This document shows, in pieces, positions 9,113 to 19,474 of a DNA stretch of 64,000 nt. The translations under genes were made by a program, and so were the position numbers. Under the pieces are notes generated by a model. That model was not told where the DNA came from. It was given only the letters and a program-made list of their open reading frames with translations, and made no database searches. Source of the DNA: an uncultured Acidobacteriota bacterium (GTDB taxonomy: Bacteria; Acidobacteriota; Thermoanaerobaculia; Multivoradales; SZUA-115). The stretch lies in assembly GCA_963805975.1 (NCBI GenBank), contig CAWDVR010000004.1:32001-96000 (forward strand), in the 5' to 3' direction. Numbering within the stretch: the stretch's first letter is position 1; every line of letters begins with the position of its first letter.

Positions 9113-9243
9113 GTCTAACTAGTGCATCTACATTGGACGGGTTCAGCGTTCCAGGATCCCTAGACTCGCACTCGTTCGCTGAAGCTCCGAGAGGGGGCAG
9201 AGCGTCGCCCACTCGAAGCGCTTTCGGATGCCAGTAGTTAGGA
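9113..9243 (-). other. First recombination site of the array (atypical attC or attI-like)
   Basis: Minus strand: TCCTAACTACTGGCATC...GATGCACTAGTTAGAC; outer inverted repeat with a poorly paired centre. Confidence 0.6.
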
Positions 9244-9245
9244 GC

Positions 9246-9273
9246 ATTCTATGCCTACTTCAATAGGAGTCAA
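9246..9273 (-). promoter_or_regulatory. Sigma70-like promoter reading into the cassette array (Pc-like)
   Basis: TTGACT-N16-TAGAAT; the spacer contains an imperfect palindrome CCTATTGAAGTAGG. Confidence 0.65.
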
Positions 9274-9561
9274 CGCGGTGGTGAGGTTCGGCTATCGGGC
9301 ACCTCGGCTGCCGGGAGGTTGCCTGGTCGAAGTCGCCACGCGATTCTGAGGCAGCTTCGCGAAGGCTCATAACCCTACCTCCACCTTGGACGAGGGAGAA
9401 CGGGGCGTGTTGTCCGGCTGCGGTCGTTCGTTGACCCTGGAGGCTTGCGGTGCTCCAGCCCAGCGACTCACGTGGTACTTAGGCTACGGGATCCGAGCGG
9501 CGTCGGCGCTTCCCTGAGTGCCGCCGGCCGTTGAACGCCTCGAGCCTAGACGACGGGAAGC

Positions 9562-10495
9562 TCAGAGGTCCGAAGGGACCGGAAGGCGAAGTTTGGCGCT
9601 GGCGTGCCTCTGCACCTCGCCCCGCCGTCGGTCGTACCGGGCAGTCGTGACTGCATCGGCGTGTCCCGCCAGCCGCTGGACGGTGAACACGTCCACGCCA
9701 GCATCCAGGAGATCGGTGACGTAGGCCCTGCGGTAGGAGTGCGGCGTAATCCCTTCGACACCTGCCTGCTGCTGACGCCGTCTGAGGATGTACCACAGCG
9801 ACTCGCCCCGCATACGGCTAACGCGCACCTGGCCCGAGCTGCTCACCGGGCAGAAGAGCGCACCTGGCTCTGAGCCCCGCTCCCGGGTCCAGGTCTGGAG
9901 GAATCGGCAGACCTGCGGCGTCAGGTACACCGTCCGATCCCGCCGGCCTTTCCCGCTCCGTACGGTGAGCATGCAGGCCTCGGCGCCGAAGTCTGCCAGG
10001 TCGAGCCCGCACAGCTCTGCCCGCCGCAGGCCACCGCCATAGAGCACGGCGAGCATGGCGGCGTCGCGCCGGCCCGCTGGTGACAGGTCAGCCGCACAGA
10101 CCTTGAACAGCGCCCGGAGGCTCCTCCTGCTCAACGGCCCGCCCGCTCGGCAGCGTCTTCGCCTTGACGTTCTCCACGTCCACAGCCCGGGCATACGTCT
10201 CGTGGTCCAGCAGGCCGAGCCGCCAGGCGTTCTTGAGGACGCACCGTAGCGCCGAGAGCATCCGGTTCACGGTGGACGGGGCGAAGCGCTGAGTGAGCGC
10301 CGCCCTCACCGCCGCGGTGTCGCGGTAGCGGACCTTCCACCAAGGGTAGGTCCAGGGGTCGGTGCCGTCGCCGCCGAGGAGGCAGGCGACAGTCTCGAGC
10401 GAGTGCCGCACGGCCCAATAGCTTCCGGGCGCCAGAGAGTCGAGGTAGACGCGGGCAGGGTTGTCCTCCTGCTTGCGGCGTCGGGGCGTCGTCAT
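9562..10495 (-). CDS. Tyrosine recombinase, XerC/D-like and not IntI (frameshift near 10120)
   Basis: SAM-like N-terminus (STVNRMLSALR); GLRRAEL, GKG, HSYRR, LAGH and TTARY catalytic motifs; no IntI-specific insertion. Confidence 0.88.
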
Positions 10496-10755
10496 GGGGT
10501 GGTCTCCTGTCGGTCGGAATGTCTGTCCCACAGGCCCTTGGGGCTGGCCTGGGCCAGAGGCGGGTGCCCACACTCGACCGGTACGCGTCAGGCACCTTGG
10601 CGGGCCTCCCAGGGCCGGTGGGACAGGCTCTCCTCGGTCGGTCAGGATCTCCTGGGCCGGCCGAGTGGGGCTGGGTCATGGATGGGGATCGATGGACAGT
10701 AGAGGGAGGGCCGGGCGGCCAGGACACGGGCTCCAGACCGCCCTCCAAGGTCGGC

Positions 10756-11193
10756 TCAGGCGGCGCCCTTGCGCTTGCCACCGCGGACCGGCTTGCGCTC
10801 GACCGGCTCGACCTCAGCCGGGGCTGCTGCTCCTGGCTCGGTGAACCGGAAGCCCACGATTCCCTGGCCGAACGCCTCAGCGTCGAAGGTCCGGGCCTCG
10901 GCCAGCGCCAGCCCATAGTGAGCGAAGAAGCGGCGGCCGTCCACCAGACCCGAGCGGTTGGCCTGCTGGCGGAGCCTGTAGCGCCCTCGGCTCCCCTCAG
11001 GCGCCGGGCGCATGCCGACCGTCTTGGTCACCGTGTCGTAGCCGAGCTGGACGGCGGTGACTCCCTCGCCGAGCAGGGCCACGGCCGCGCCGGTCAGGGA
11101 CACCTGGCCGCTACGTCGGACTGTGATCTTCGGCGCCCGGTTGTCGGTCCTGGCGCCCTCGAAGAACTCGAACTGGTCGAAGCTGGTGCTCAT
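10756..11193 (-). CDS. Hypothetical 145 aa protein, possibly a small beta-barrel DNA-binding protein
   Basis: AGGAGG RBS; protein-like composition; partial second copy at 46415-46570. Confidence 0.7.
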   Translation of the reverse strand: MSTSFDQFEFFEGARTDNRAPKITVRRSGQVSLTGAAVALLGEGVTAVQLGYDTVTKTVGMRPAPEGSRGRYRLRQQANRSGLVDGRRFFAHYGLALAEARTFDAEAFGQGIVGFRFTEPGAAAPAEVEPVERKPVRGGKRKGAA

Positions 11194-11671
11194 GGGCTTC
11201 CTCCTGGGAAAGAGTGGAGATCAGGTCGGGCTCAATCGCCCGGCTTGTCCGTGAGCCGAGTGGCTACGGGACTTCGCGCCGGATCGTCAACCAGCGGAGC
11301 GCGGAAATCTCGCGGGTTCAGGGCGGCCTCAAACCTACGACCCACCCCGCGGCGCCCGAGCCTCGGAGAGCTTCGAGATCCAACCCGTAGCCCCGGTGCC
11401 GAGAATCCCCAAGCTCGGCACTGGCCACAGCCTGACCCTTGGCCAGCTCTGGCGCTGTGAGGAAGTGGGGCGGATCAGTGGGTGGTTCGTGAGCGGGTAG
11501 GAGCACCCACTTGCCCGCGGGGCGCCTCCCGGCCAGGTCGGACGTCGGCACCTCCGAAGCGGCGTGCATCGCGTAACGGAATGATGGCCACAGCGACGAA
11601 TCGAAATAACTACTCGCGGTGGCTTGACCGGGGTGCGTCGATGCGCTCGCGGTGGAGGAGGGGTCTACGCG

Positions 11672-14217
11672 ATGAGAGTCCGGAGTCTCGTGTTGTTCGC
11701 CGCCGTGGTGTCCGGCTGCTGCCTCCTCAAGCCCGATCGGCCGGTGCAGCCGATCCCACCGAGCAGCAAGTTCCTCACCTACGCCGGGAGCGAAGCTGAG
11801 ATCGTCCCCGGCAGCTACTTCGTGCTCTTCGACGACGCGTTCGTGCCCGCGGCCGCGGTGAGGAGCCTCGCCGACTCCCTGGTCGCGGGCACCGGCGGCA
11901 AGGTCTCCTTCGTGCTCACGGAGAGCATCCGCGGCTTTGCGGCGGAGGGCCTCGCCGACCCTTGGGCCTACGCCGTCAGCACGCGGCAGGACATCAAACT
12001 GGTGCGCAAGGACGTCCGCGTGGCCGGCAAAGAGATCCGTGGCAACCCTTGGGGGCCGCCGCCGTGGAACCTCGACCGCATCGATCAGCGCGCAAGCTTC
12101 CAGCAGGACCGCGACTACCGCTACAAGACCGGCAGGATCGGCAGCGGCCCGCAGGTTCCGATCTACGTCGTGGACAACGGCGTGTACAAGGCGCACTCCG
12201 AGTTCAGCGACGGGGCAACGACCCGGATCGTCGACGTGGCGGATGCCACCGTGCCCGTCGGCACTCCCGGCTTCAACCGCTGCGTGCTCAACGTGCCGGA
12301 TGCCCATCACGGCACCGCCATCGCTTCGATCGCAGCCGGCAAGGGCCTCGGCATCACGCCGACGGCAATCCGAAACGTCAAGGTGCTGGACCGGGACCCC
12401 TTCGGCAGCTCGTGCACCGCGGGCACAACCAACCAGGTTGCGCGCGGCTTGGACGCGGCCTTCAGCGACATGCAGAGCAACGGCTTCACCAAGGCGGTTT
12501 TCAACCTCAGCCTCGGCTGGCCGGTGGCGGTACCGGATGTGGCGATGCAAATCACCCGCTTGCAGGGCATCGGTGCGGTGATTGTCGCCGCTGCCGGCAA
12601 CGAGAACCGCGACGCGAGCACCCTCACGCCGGCCAACCTGCCGGGCGTGGTGGCGGTGGGTGCAACGTCGCAAGCCGATGTGCGCTGGGTGTTTTCCGCG
12701 GTCATCGGTTCCAACTTCGGCAGCACGGTGGCGCTGTGGGCGCCCGGCGGGAACATCCTGGGGGCGACCTGGCCAACCCCGGCCGCGCCTCAACTGCGGG
12801 ACTCCTTCGACGGCACGTCGATGGCGGCGCCGCACGTGGCGGGCGCGTTGGCGCTGCTCTGGCAGCAGAATCCGAACATGAGCGCTACACAGGTGGTGGC
12901 AGCCCTGCGGGCGCGCGCCACCCGCAACATGCTGACCGCGCTGGGCGCGGGTTCGCCCAATGCCTTGCTGTACGTCGGGGAGGATGCACCCTCTCCCAGT
13001 CAGGTTCGACGCCTCCCGCAGACGGGGGGCGACGGCTTCCTCCGCGCGGTGCACTGGGACGGTTACCCCGCTCGCCGGCAGGTGCTGCTCGCGGGCGGCG
13101 ACGACGCCGGGCCGACTCCTTTCGCCTTCGCAACGGTCGGAGAGACGGCCCTCTCCAACGGGCCGCTGACGCAGGGCAACGTCACTCCGGCGGTGTCCAG
13201 CTGCACGGCGATCAGCGTCTCGCCCTCGGCCAACTTCTTCGGCTGTATGCGCCCGATCGCCGGCGGGCGCGAGGCGGTGGTGGTGGCAACGGGTCCGGCG
13301 AGCATCGCGCTCCCGCGCTGGCTGGCTTCCCTGGGACCGGCATCGTCGATCGACGACATCACCTACGGCTACCAGTACGTGAGCTTGGGGCAGGTGAATG
13401 AGCGGGTGTACGCCGTCGTGACCCGGCCGCGCGCGGCGCCGGCCAACGGCAGCGAGGTGGTGGTGTTTTGGCTCGATACCGAGACCGGGCAGCAGGTCGG
13501 TTCCCTGGTGCTCACCGCTCTGGGTTCCAGGAAGACTTCCACCGCGGGGTGGAAGCGGTGTTGCTCGAAGTCGTGAGCTCGACCACCTCGGAGTTGGTGG
13601 TGGCGACCTACAGCGACCCGCCGGGGCGGGACAAGACGTTCGTCTGGAAGCTGGACCCGGTCGCGAGGAGCATCGTCGAATGGCGCGAGGTGCCACCCCC
13701 CTCGCTCGCGGTGGACGGCATGTTCGCCACCTCACTCGCGGTGCAGGCGCGGGAGGACAACGGCAACGGCACCATCATCCCAGCCGAGGTTTTCCTCTCC
13801 GCGACCGTGCAGGTTGTGGACGGCGGCCGGCGTTTCCCTTGGGCCTACATCTTCCGCATGAACCAGGACCGGGTCACGGTGCACAGTACGATCGAGGTGG
13901 TCAAGGACTCGCAGATCACGACCCTCTGGTCCGAGGGCGGGGACCTCTTCCTCTGCGGCAGTACGACCCGCACCTTTGCCGCGGGTGATCTCCAAGGCGT
14001 GCCGAAGCCCGGAGCGAACCTGGACTACGACACCTTCCTCGGCAGGAGCGAGGGCGTGGTCAACACCCGGCACTGGATCACGACCTTCAATCCGACCCCT
14101 CCAACCAATCCGACCATCGAGAACGACATCGGCTTCTGCCACTTCGACGGCAGCCGAGCGTATCTCGCCGGTAGCGATGCTGACGGCTTCTTCGTGGTCG
14201 AATACCCGGTGTTCTGA
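11672..14217 (+). CDS. S8 subtilisin-family lipoprotein protease with long C-terminal extension (frameshift near 13540)
   Basis: Lipobox VSGC; VVDNGV, HHGTAIAS, AAAGNE and GTSMAAPHVAG. Confidence 0.88.
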
Positions 14218-14258
14218 GGAGGGGTCAAAGAGGAACCTAGCCGCGCAGCGCGGCCCTC

Positions 14259-14861
14259 TCAGGCCTCCAGCTCGCTCCTCGCCGCTCTTGGACGGAGGAC
14301 CACGCCGCACCTTCCAAGCGCCCGGCGGAGGCGAAACAGGATGCTGTCCACGCTCCCCGGGCGTAGGCCCACTCGCGCGCCGACCTCTCGGTTGGTGAAG
14401 CCTGCAAGGTAGGTCAGCACGAAGATCCGGTACTGTCGGGTCGAGAGCTCCCGCCGACACTCGGCGAGCTTGTGGTGCAGGGTGTCGCGGCCCATCAGCG
14501 TCTGCTCTGGCGTAGGAGGCCACGCGGCCACGAGCCCGGCGCTCTCGCCGTTGGTCGAAGCGGGCGCCTCGCGCTTCTTGGCTCTGCCGCGACGCACGGC
14601 GTCGATGGTCAGGTTGCTAGCGGCGCGAAGCACGTAGGCCGGGAAGTCCTCGACCTCTTCCGGCACACCGCGCTCCCAGAGACGCAGCAGGAGATCCTGG
14701 GCCAAGTCGTCGATGGCGTCGTCCTGGAGGCGGACTCCACGCACTGCGGCAGTCCACCGGATGAGCCTGCGGATGCTGGCGTGAAGGTCCGGGCTCAGAC
14801 TGGTCGTGAAGAGGTCGGGGTCTGAGCCCACACCTTTCCCTTCCACGAGTCGCCGTGTCAT
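14259..14861 (-). CDS. ECF-type sigma-70 factor
   Basis: DDLAQDLLLRLW region 2; LSTRQYRIF...NREVGARVG region 4. Confidence 0.85.
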   Translation of the reverse strand: MTRRLVEGKGVGSDPDLFTTSLSPDLHASIRRLIRWTAAVRGVRLQDDAIDDLAQDLLLRLWERGVPEEVEDFPAYVLRAASNLTIDAVRRGRAKKREAPASTNGESAGLVAAWPPTPEQTLMGRDTLHHKLAECRRELSTRQYRIFVLTYLAGFTNREVGARVGLRPGSVDSILFRLRRALGRCGVVLRPRAARSELEA

Positions 14862-15032
14862 CAGCTCCTCCGCGCCTTGCGGGTCTGTGGGTCGAGTCCG
14901 GGCCGGTGCTAGCCTGGTCGTGGGGGCAATGTCTGGGAGGGCCGGAGATGCCTGGACGCAGCTGAGGTAGGTCTCCCAGGCATCGATGCCTCGCCGGCCT
15001 CCCAGAACCTCCCACGCCCCTTGGACCGGCGA

Positions 15033-15557
15033 TCAACTCTCGGCCGTGGGCTCCTCGGCCTGGGCCTCAGCAGCCTTCCGCTCCCCTGTCCGCGCCTTGA
15101 GCCGGTCGGCCAGGATCACCCCGGCGCGACGCAGCGCCGTGGACCCTGCCGCCTCCAGGAGAAGCGCCAGCGAGGCAGGCGAGAGCGCGAGGTGCAGACC
15201 GCTGTGGAGGCAGACTAGAGTCTCGGGGTCGAACGTGGCCAGCCAGCCCACCGTCTCGGGCTTCGTCCCTGAGGCCAGAGCGCTCACAGGGAAGCCCTGG
15301 GCTTCCGCCTCGTCGGAGAGGACAAGGCGAACATCTCTCCCGGTCGCCGGGAGTATCGCCGCCGCCAGTAGCGCCAGTTCCCGGTCCTTGAACACGGCAT
15401 GCGGAGCCGCGTCGCCGTCCTGCACAACGCCCCAGCGCCCTCGGTCGAGTGTGACCACCCGCCAGGGTCCAGAGGTCGAGGCTTCGAGGCCAGTCGCCGG
15501 TTCGTCGTGCTCGGCAAAGTGGTCGAGGAACTCAGGGGCGAAGGCGTTGGGCTCCAT
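15033..15557 (-). CDS. Hypothetical protein
   Basis: AAGGAG RBS before MEPNAFAPEFL; high-GC3 frame. Confidence 0.7.
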   Translation of the reverse strand: MEPNAFAPEFLDHFAEHDEPATGLEASTSGPWRVVTLDRGRWGVVQDGDAAPHAVFKDRELALLAAAILPATGRDVRLVLSDEAEAQGFPVSALASGTKPETVGWLATFDPETLVCLHSGLHLALSPASLALLLEAAGSTALRRAGVILADRLKARTGERKAAEAQAEEPTAES

Positions 15558-16058
15558 GGCAAGGCTCCTTCTCGGGTGCTCCGAGAGACAAGCCGGGCCT
15601 GGGGCTGGAGATCGCTCGAGCCTCAGGCCACAGGCAGTGGTCATGAGGCTGGTAGCAGTACGGGGACCGGCGCCGGCTGGTCAACCGGGGCGAGAGCTTT
15701 AGCAGTGGGGAGCTAAGCTCGAGCCAGGCGCGGGCGGCGCGTCTGCATCCCTACCGTCTATCTGCCGCCGATCTGAGCCGCCTATTCGCTGCCACTTCCT
15801 CTCCGGCTAGCGGCGGGCAGAGGACTGGCCCGGGCCAATCCGTGGTTGAGTTCGGCTGCGGCGGACGCTCGGCTCCCGACCGTCTCTACCTGAGGTCTCC
15901 AGTTCGTGACCATTACCACGCGGTAGGCGGCCGGAAGTCAGGCAGATCCGCAGCCTTGCACTGTCCTCACTCGCAGTTCGTGACAACCCGCCGTTCACCC
16001 ATTTGGCGTGGTGGCGGCAGGGGCAGGTGCATAGAGAGTTCGGCTAAGATCGAGTCCA

Positions 16059-18092
16059 ATGGTTGAGCCAGTTCAGGAGCGCGCCCAGCATGAGCTGCGA
16101 ATGGATCTCCAGGGGAGACTCCGCAACACTAAGGTCGCAGCTCAAGACGCCTTTCTCCCGCTCTTCGAGGCGGTGGTCAACGGCATCCATTCGACTGAGG
16201 ATCGCTTCGGTGTCAACGTAGAGACCATGGGGCGAGTCAGCATTCATGTGCACCGCGTCCAGCAACACGCAATTCCCGGAGCTACGGGCAGACCGCCTAT
16301 TGAGGAGCTTGAGGGCTTCACGATCGTTGACAATGGCGAGGGCTTTACTGACAAGAATCTCCGGTCTTTCGAGACGGCGGACAGCGATGCCAAGCTCGCT
16401 AGGGGTGGAAAAGGGATCGGCCGTCTTACCTGGTTGGTAGTTTTTCAGCGGGCTGAGATCCGAAGCACCTTCCAGCAACCCAACGGGAGCCGAGCTCAGC
16501 GGGCCTTCACGTTCAGCCCGACACCGACCGGAATCACCGATTTCGAGGAGCACGCCTCCGCACCTGATGCCGAACTGGAGACCCGGGTTCGCTTGGTCGG
16601 TACGCGGAGCACCTACGCACAGTACCTACGCAGAGGCACCGAAGTAATCGCGGAGCGCGTCTTCGAGCACTGTTTCAACTACTTCGTTCTGGGCCGTTGT
16701 CCCCGTGTGACCATCATCGATGAGGGGGCGGATGGTCAGACGACTGCCATTTTGAACGAGCGCCGCCGTGAACTCAACATCAGCGATAGGGAGCCCCTGA
16801 CTGTTGGAGACCACGCGCTGGACCTGCGGCATGTCCGGCAACGATATGCCACGGGGCGTCGGCACATGGGCCACCTTCTCGCCAATGACAGAGTGGCGTG
16901 TTCGTTCTCTCTCGCTGATGTATCTGACCTCAGCAATGATCCCATCCCCAGTGAAGCGGGGGAACCGCAAGTTCATCACGTCTACGTCGCTGGAGCCGCA
17001 CTCAACGAGGCTGCCGATAGCACGCGGACGCACTTCGTGCTTCCCGACGGCGAGCCGCTTCTCGAGGCAGCCGGCAGTCTCGACCTCAAGACTCTCCGCG
17101 AAGCCGTGGGGGCCAACGTCAACGAACAATTGGCGGTAGTGCTCGCAGCTGAAAGGGAGGAAACCCTCCGCAAGGTCCAAATTCACATTCGGACACAGCA
17201 GCCCGAGTATGCTCGGCTCCTCGAGCAGAAGCGAGAGCAGCTATCCAGAATCAAGTGGTCAGACAATCCGAGACAGCTCGACGAGGCGCTCTACAAATTG
17301 AAGCAGGGATGGGAGCTGGAGATCAGAAGCCAGCAGTCCGAAGTGGAGCGGAAGCTAGTCGCCGAACAGACTGAGATAGAGGACATCGCCGAGCAGCTTT
17401 ACCGTGTCGTCTCTGAGACGAATCTTGCTGGTCAGGATGACTTGGTACGGTACGTGGTCAAACGCCGAGCGGTGCTCCAGCTGCTAACGCAACTAACCTC
17501 AAGATTCCGGAGCGCTCTCGAAGAGGACATCCACAAGATCGTGTTTCCTCTGAAGACAACGAACGGCCAAGTCGCCTACGACGATCACAACCTGTGGCTA
17601 GTGGATGACACGCTCTCCTTCTACGAGTTCATCGCTTCGGATACCCCTCTCAACGCGCAGGAAGCGGCGGTGATCGACTCCAGGAGGAGGCCCGATATCC
17701 TGGCGTTCAAGGCAGGCGATCCTTTTCAGCACGTCTCTTTGGTCGAGTTCAAGAGGCCAGACCGCACCGACACGAAGAGTCCAGTCGAGCAACTTGTAGG
17801 CTACGCACGGCTCCTCCGGCGAGGCGGTGAGGTAGACGCCCAAGGCGTGACGATGCCCAAGGTAGGGATGAATGTCAGGATCGATGCCTACGCCATCGTT
17901 ACTCTGACTCCCCAGATGGAAGAGCTGCTATCCATCGGACCAGGCGAGATGAAGGAAGTCGAGGGAGAAGCCCGCTGGTATGGTGGCCTGTCTAGCCTCA
18001 ATATGACGATCGAAGTTCTTGACTTCACTGCCTTCGTCCGTCGTGCACAGCAACGCAACCAGGCGTTCTTTCGTGCGCTCGGCTTAATCTGA
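16059..18092 (+). CDS. GHKL (HATPase_c) ATPase with C-terminal PD-(D/E)xK-like nuclease
   Basis: EAVVNGIHS, IVDNGEGF and GGKGIGR; C-terminal RPDILAF...LVEFKRP. Confidence 0.8.
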   Translation: MVEPVQERAQHELRMDLQGRLRNTKVAAQDAFLPLFEAVVNGIHSTEDRFGVNVETMGRVSIHVHRVQQHAIPGATGRPPIEELEGFTIVDNGEGFTDKNLRSFETADSDAKLARGGKGIGRLTWLVVFQRAEIRSTFQQPNGSRAQRAFTFSPTPTGITDFEEHASAPDAELETRVRLVGTRSTYAQYLRRGTEVIAERVFEHCFNYFVLGRCPRVTIIDEGADGQTTAILNERRRELNISDREPLTVGDHALDLRHVRQRYATGRRHMGHLLANDRVACSFSLADVSDLSNDPIPSEAGEPQVHHVYVAGAALNEAADSTRTHFVLPDGEPLLEAAGSLDLKTLREAVGANVNEQLAVVLAAEREETLRKVQIHIRTQQPEYARLLEQKREQLSRIKWSDNPRQLDEALYKLKQGWELEIRSQQSEVERKLVAEQTEIEDIAEQLYRVVSETNLAGQDDLVRYVVKRRAVLQLLTQLTSRFRSALEEDIHKIVFPLKTTNGQVAYDDHNLWLVDDTLSFYEFIASDTPLNAQEAAVIDSRRRPDILAFKAGDPFQHVSLVEFKRPDRTDTKSPVEQLVGYARLLRRGGEVDAQGVTMPKVGMNVRIDAYAIVTLTPQMEELLSIGPGEMKEVEGEARWYGGLSSLNMTIEVLDFTAFVRRAQQRNQAFFRALGLI

Positions 18093-18358
18093 CGGCAACC
18101 TGCTTGCAATCGGATTGATCTTACTACTGCCGGTCTGCGGCTAGGTCGCTTCCTGACAGAAACTGCTGGGCGGCGCGACCCGGTACGTTCTGGAAACGCG
18201 GTTCTGGTGAGCGGAATTCATCAGGCCCGACGCTGGACTCGCTCGGACTTGACGAGATAGGCGCCTCGATCGGCTTCCTTGCGAGACTCAGAGGCGCGAG
18301 TGACCGCCCGCAGAAATCGCCCTCGACTCACTGCGAACTCGCCTCGCGGCCGAGCCCC

Positions 18359-19051
18359 TTAGATCTTTCCTCGCTGGTGCAGCGACACCCACCGTCCCAG
18401 CTCACCAAGGATCAGATGGTCCTGGAGTCTGATCCCGACTGTCGCTGCGGCCTCCACCATGCGACGGGTGAACAGGATGTCCTCGCTGCTTGGTTGCAGA
18501 TCTCCACTTGGGTGCGTGTGGAACAGGACGATGACCGAGGCGCCCGCAAGGATCGCTTCCTTGAGGATCGCTCGGGGCTCGACAGCCGCGTGGGTCAGAG
18601 TGCCGCGGTAGATCTCCCGGCACGCCAGCAGGCGGTAGCAGCCGTTGAGGAGAAGGGCGCCGAGCACCTCTTGGTTCTGATCGCCGTAGGTGAGGGTCAG
18701 GTAGCGCGCGACCTCGGCAGCTCGGGTCAGTGGATAGCGCCGTGGGATCTCAGCGAAGGCCAGACGTCGCGCCAGCTCGATAGCCCCCAGGACCGCCGCG
18801 GCCTTGGTCTCGGTGAGACCGATCCGGACCAGCGAGTGGAAGCTCAGCGATGGAAGGCCGGCGATTCCACCTATCTCGGCGAGCACTCCCTGCGCGAGAA
18901 GCTGGGTGTCGGCCCGGTGGTGCCCGTTGGCAAGGCACAAGGCGAGGAGTTCCAAGTCCGCGAGGGTGCCGGCTCCGTGCGCTACCAGCCGGTCTCGGGG
19001 GCTCTCCGGGGCCGGGGCTTTACGCAGGGGACTGGATCGAGGCCGCCGCAT
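18359..19051 (-). CDS. radC: RadC / JAB-domain protein
   Basis: PRDRL..GAGTLADLELLA; HTHPSGD..PS.ED; LQDHLI. Confidence 0.93.
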   Translation of the reverse strand: MRRPRSSPLRKAPAPESPRDRLVAHGAGTLADLELLALCLANGHHRADTQLLAQGVLAEIGGIAGLPSLSFHSLVRIGLTETKAAAVLGAIELARRLAFAEIPRRYPLTRAAEVARYLTLTYGDQNQEVLGALLLNGCYRLLACREIYRGTLTHAAVEPRAILKEAILAGASVIVLFHTHPSGDLQPSSEDILFTRRMVEAAATVGIRLQDHLILGELGRWVSLHQRGKI

Positions 19052-19474
19052 GTGCGGCCAGGACTAGTACGGGGGAACTAAGCTCGATGTCAATCATCGC
19101 AGCCGCAAAGCGTAGGCAGGCAGCGACGGCCGAGACAAGGGCGGCAAGGTGTCCAGCTTTCGACTCAGGAGGTTTCCCCGGAGAGCCACGGATCACATCA
19201 GGTCATGGTGTCCATCACGTCCGATCCACGAAGGCGCTGATCCCCTCCGGTTCGGGTGCGGCCACGAGGAACGGCGTTCTTAGGCTCCAGTGGCCGACCT
19301 CTGTCGAGCCTCCCAGAACTGCGGGCCCAGCTGGAGGTGGGGAGGGTCGAACGATTCCGTCCACATTCTCTTGACGGGGCTCACAGCCTGCGCCAGCATG
19401 GCCTTCGAAAGCTACAGAGAACGCGAGATTGCAGGAGGCACTGAACGCGGAGCTAGCCTCCCACCGCTCAGCCG

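Noticed and set aside
9562-10495. Calling the recombinase intI
   Set aside because: It lacks the IntI-specific insertion, and its N-terminus is not IntI-like.
11318-13735. 805 aa minus-strand ORF and similar long ORFs (45142-46566, 52370-53605, 58319-60070, 61243-62457)
   Set aside because: Antisense shadows of real high-GC genes; Arg/Ala-rich with no motifs.
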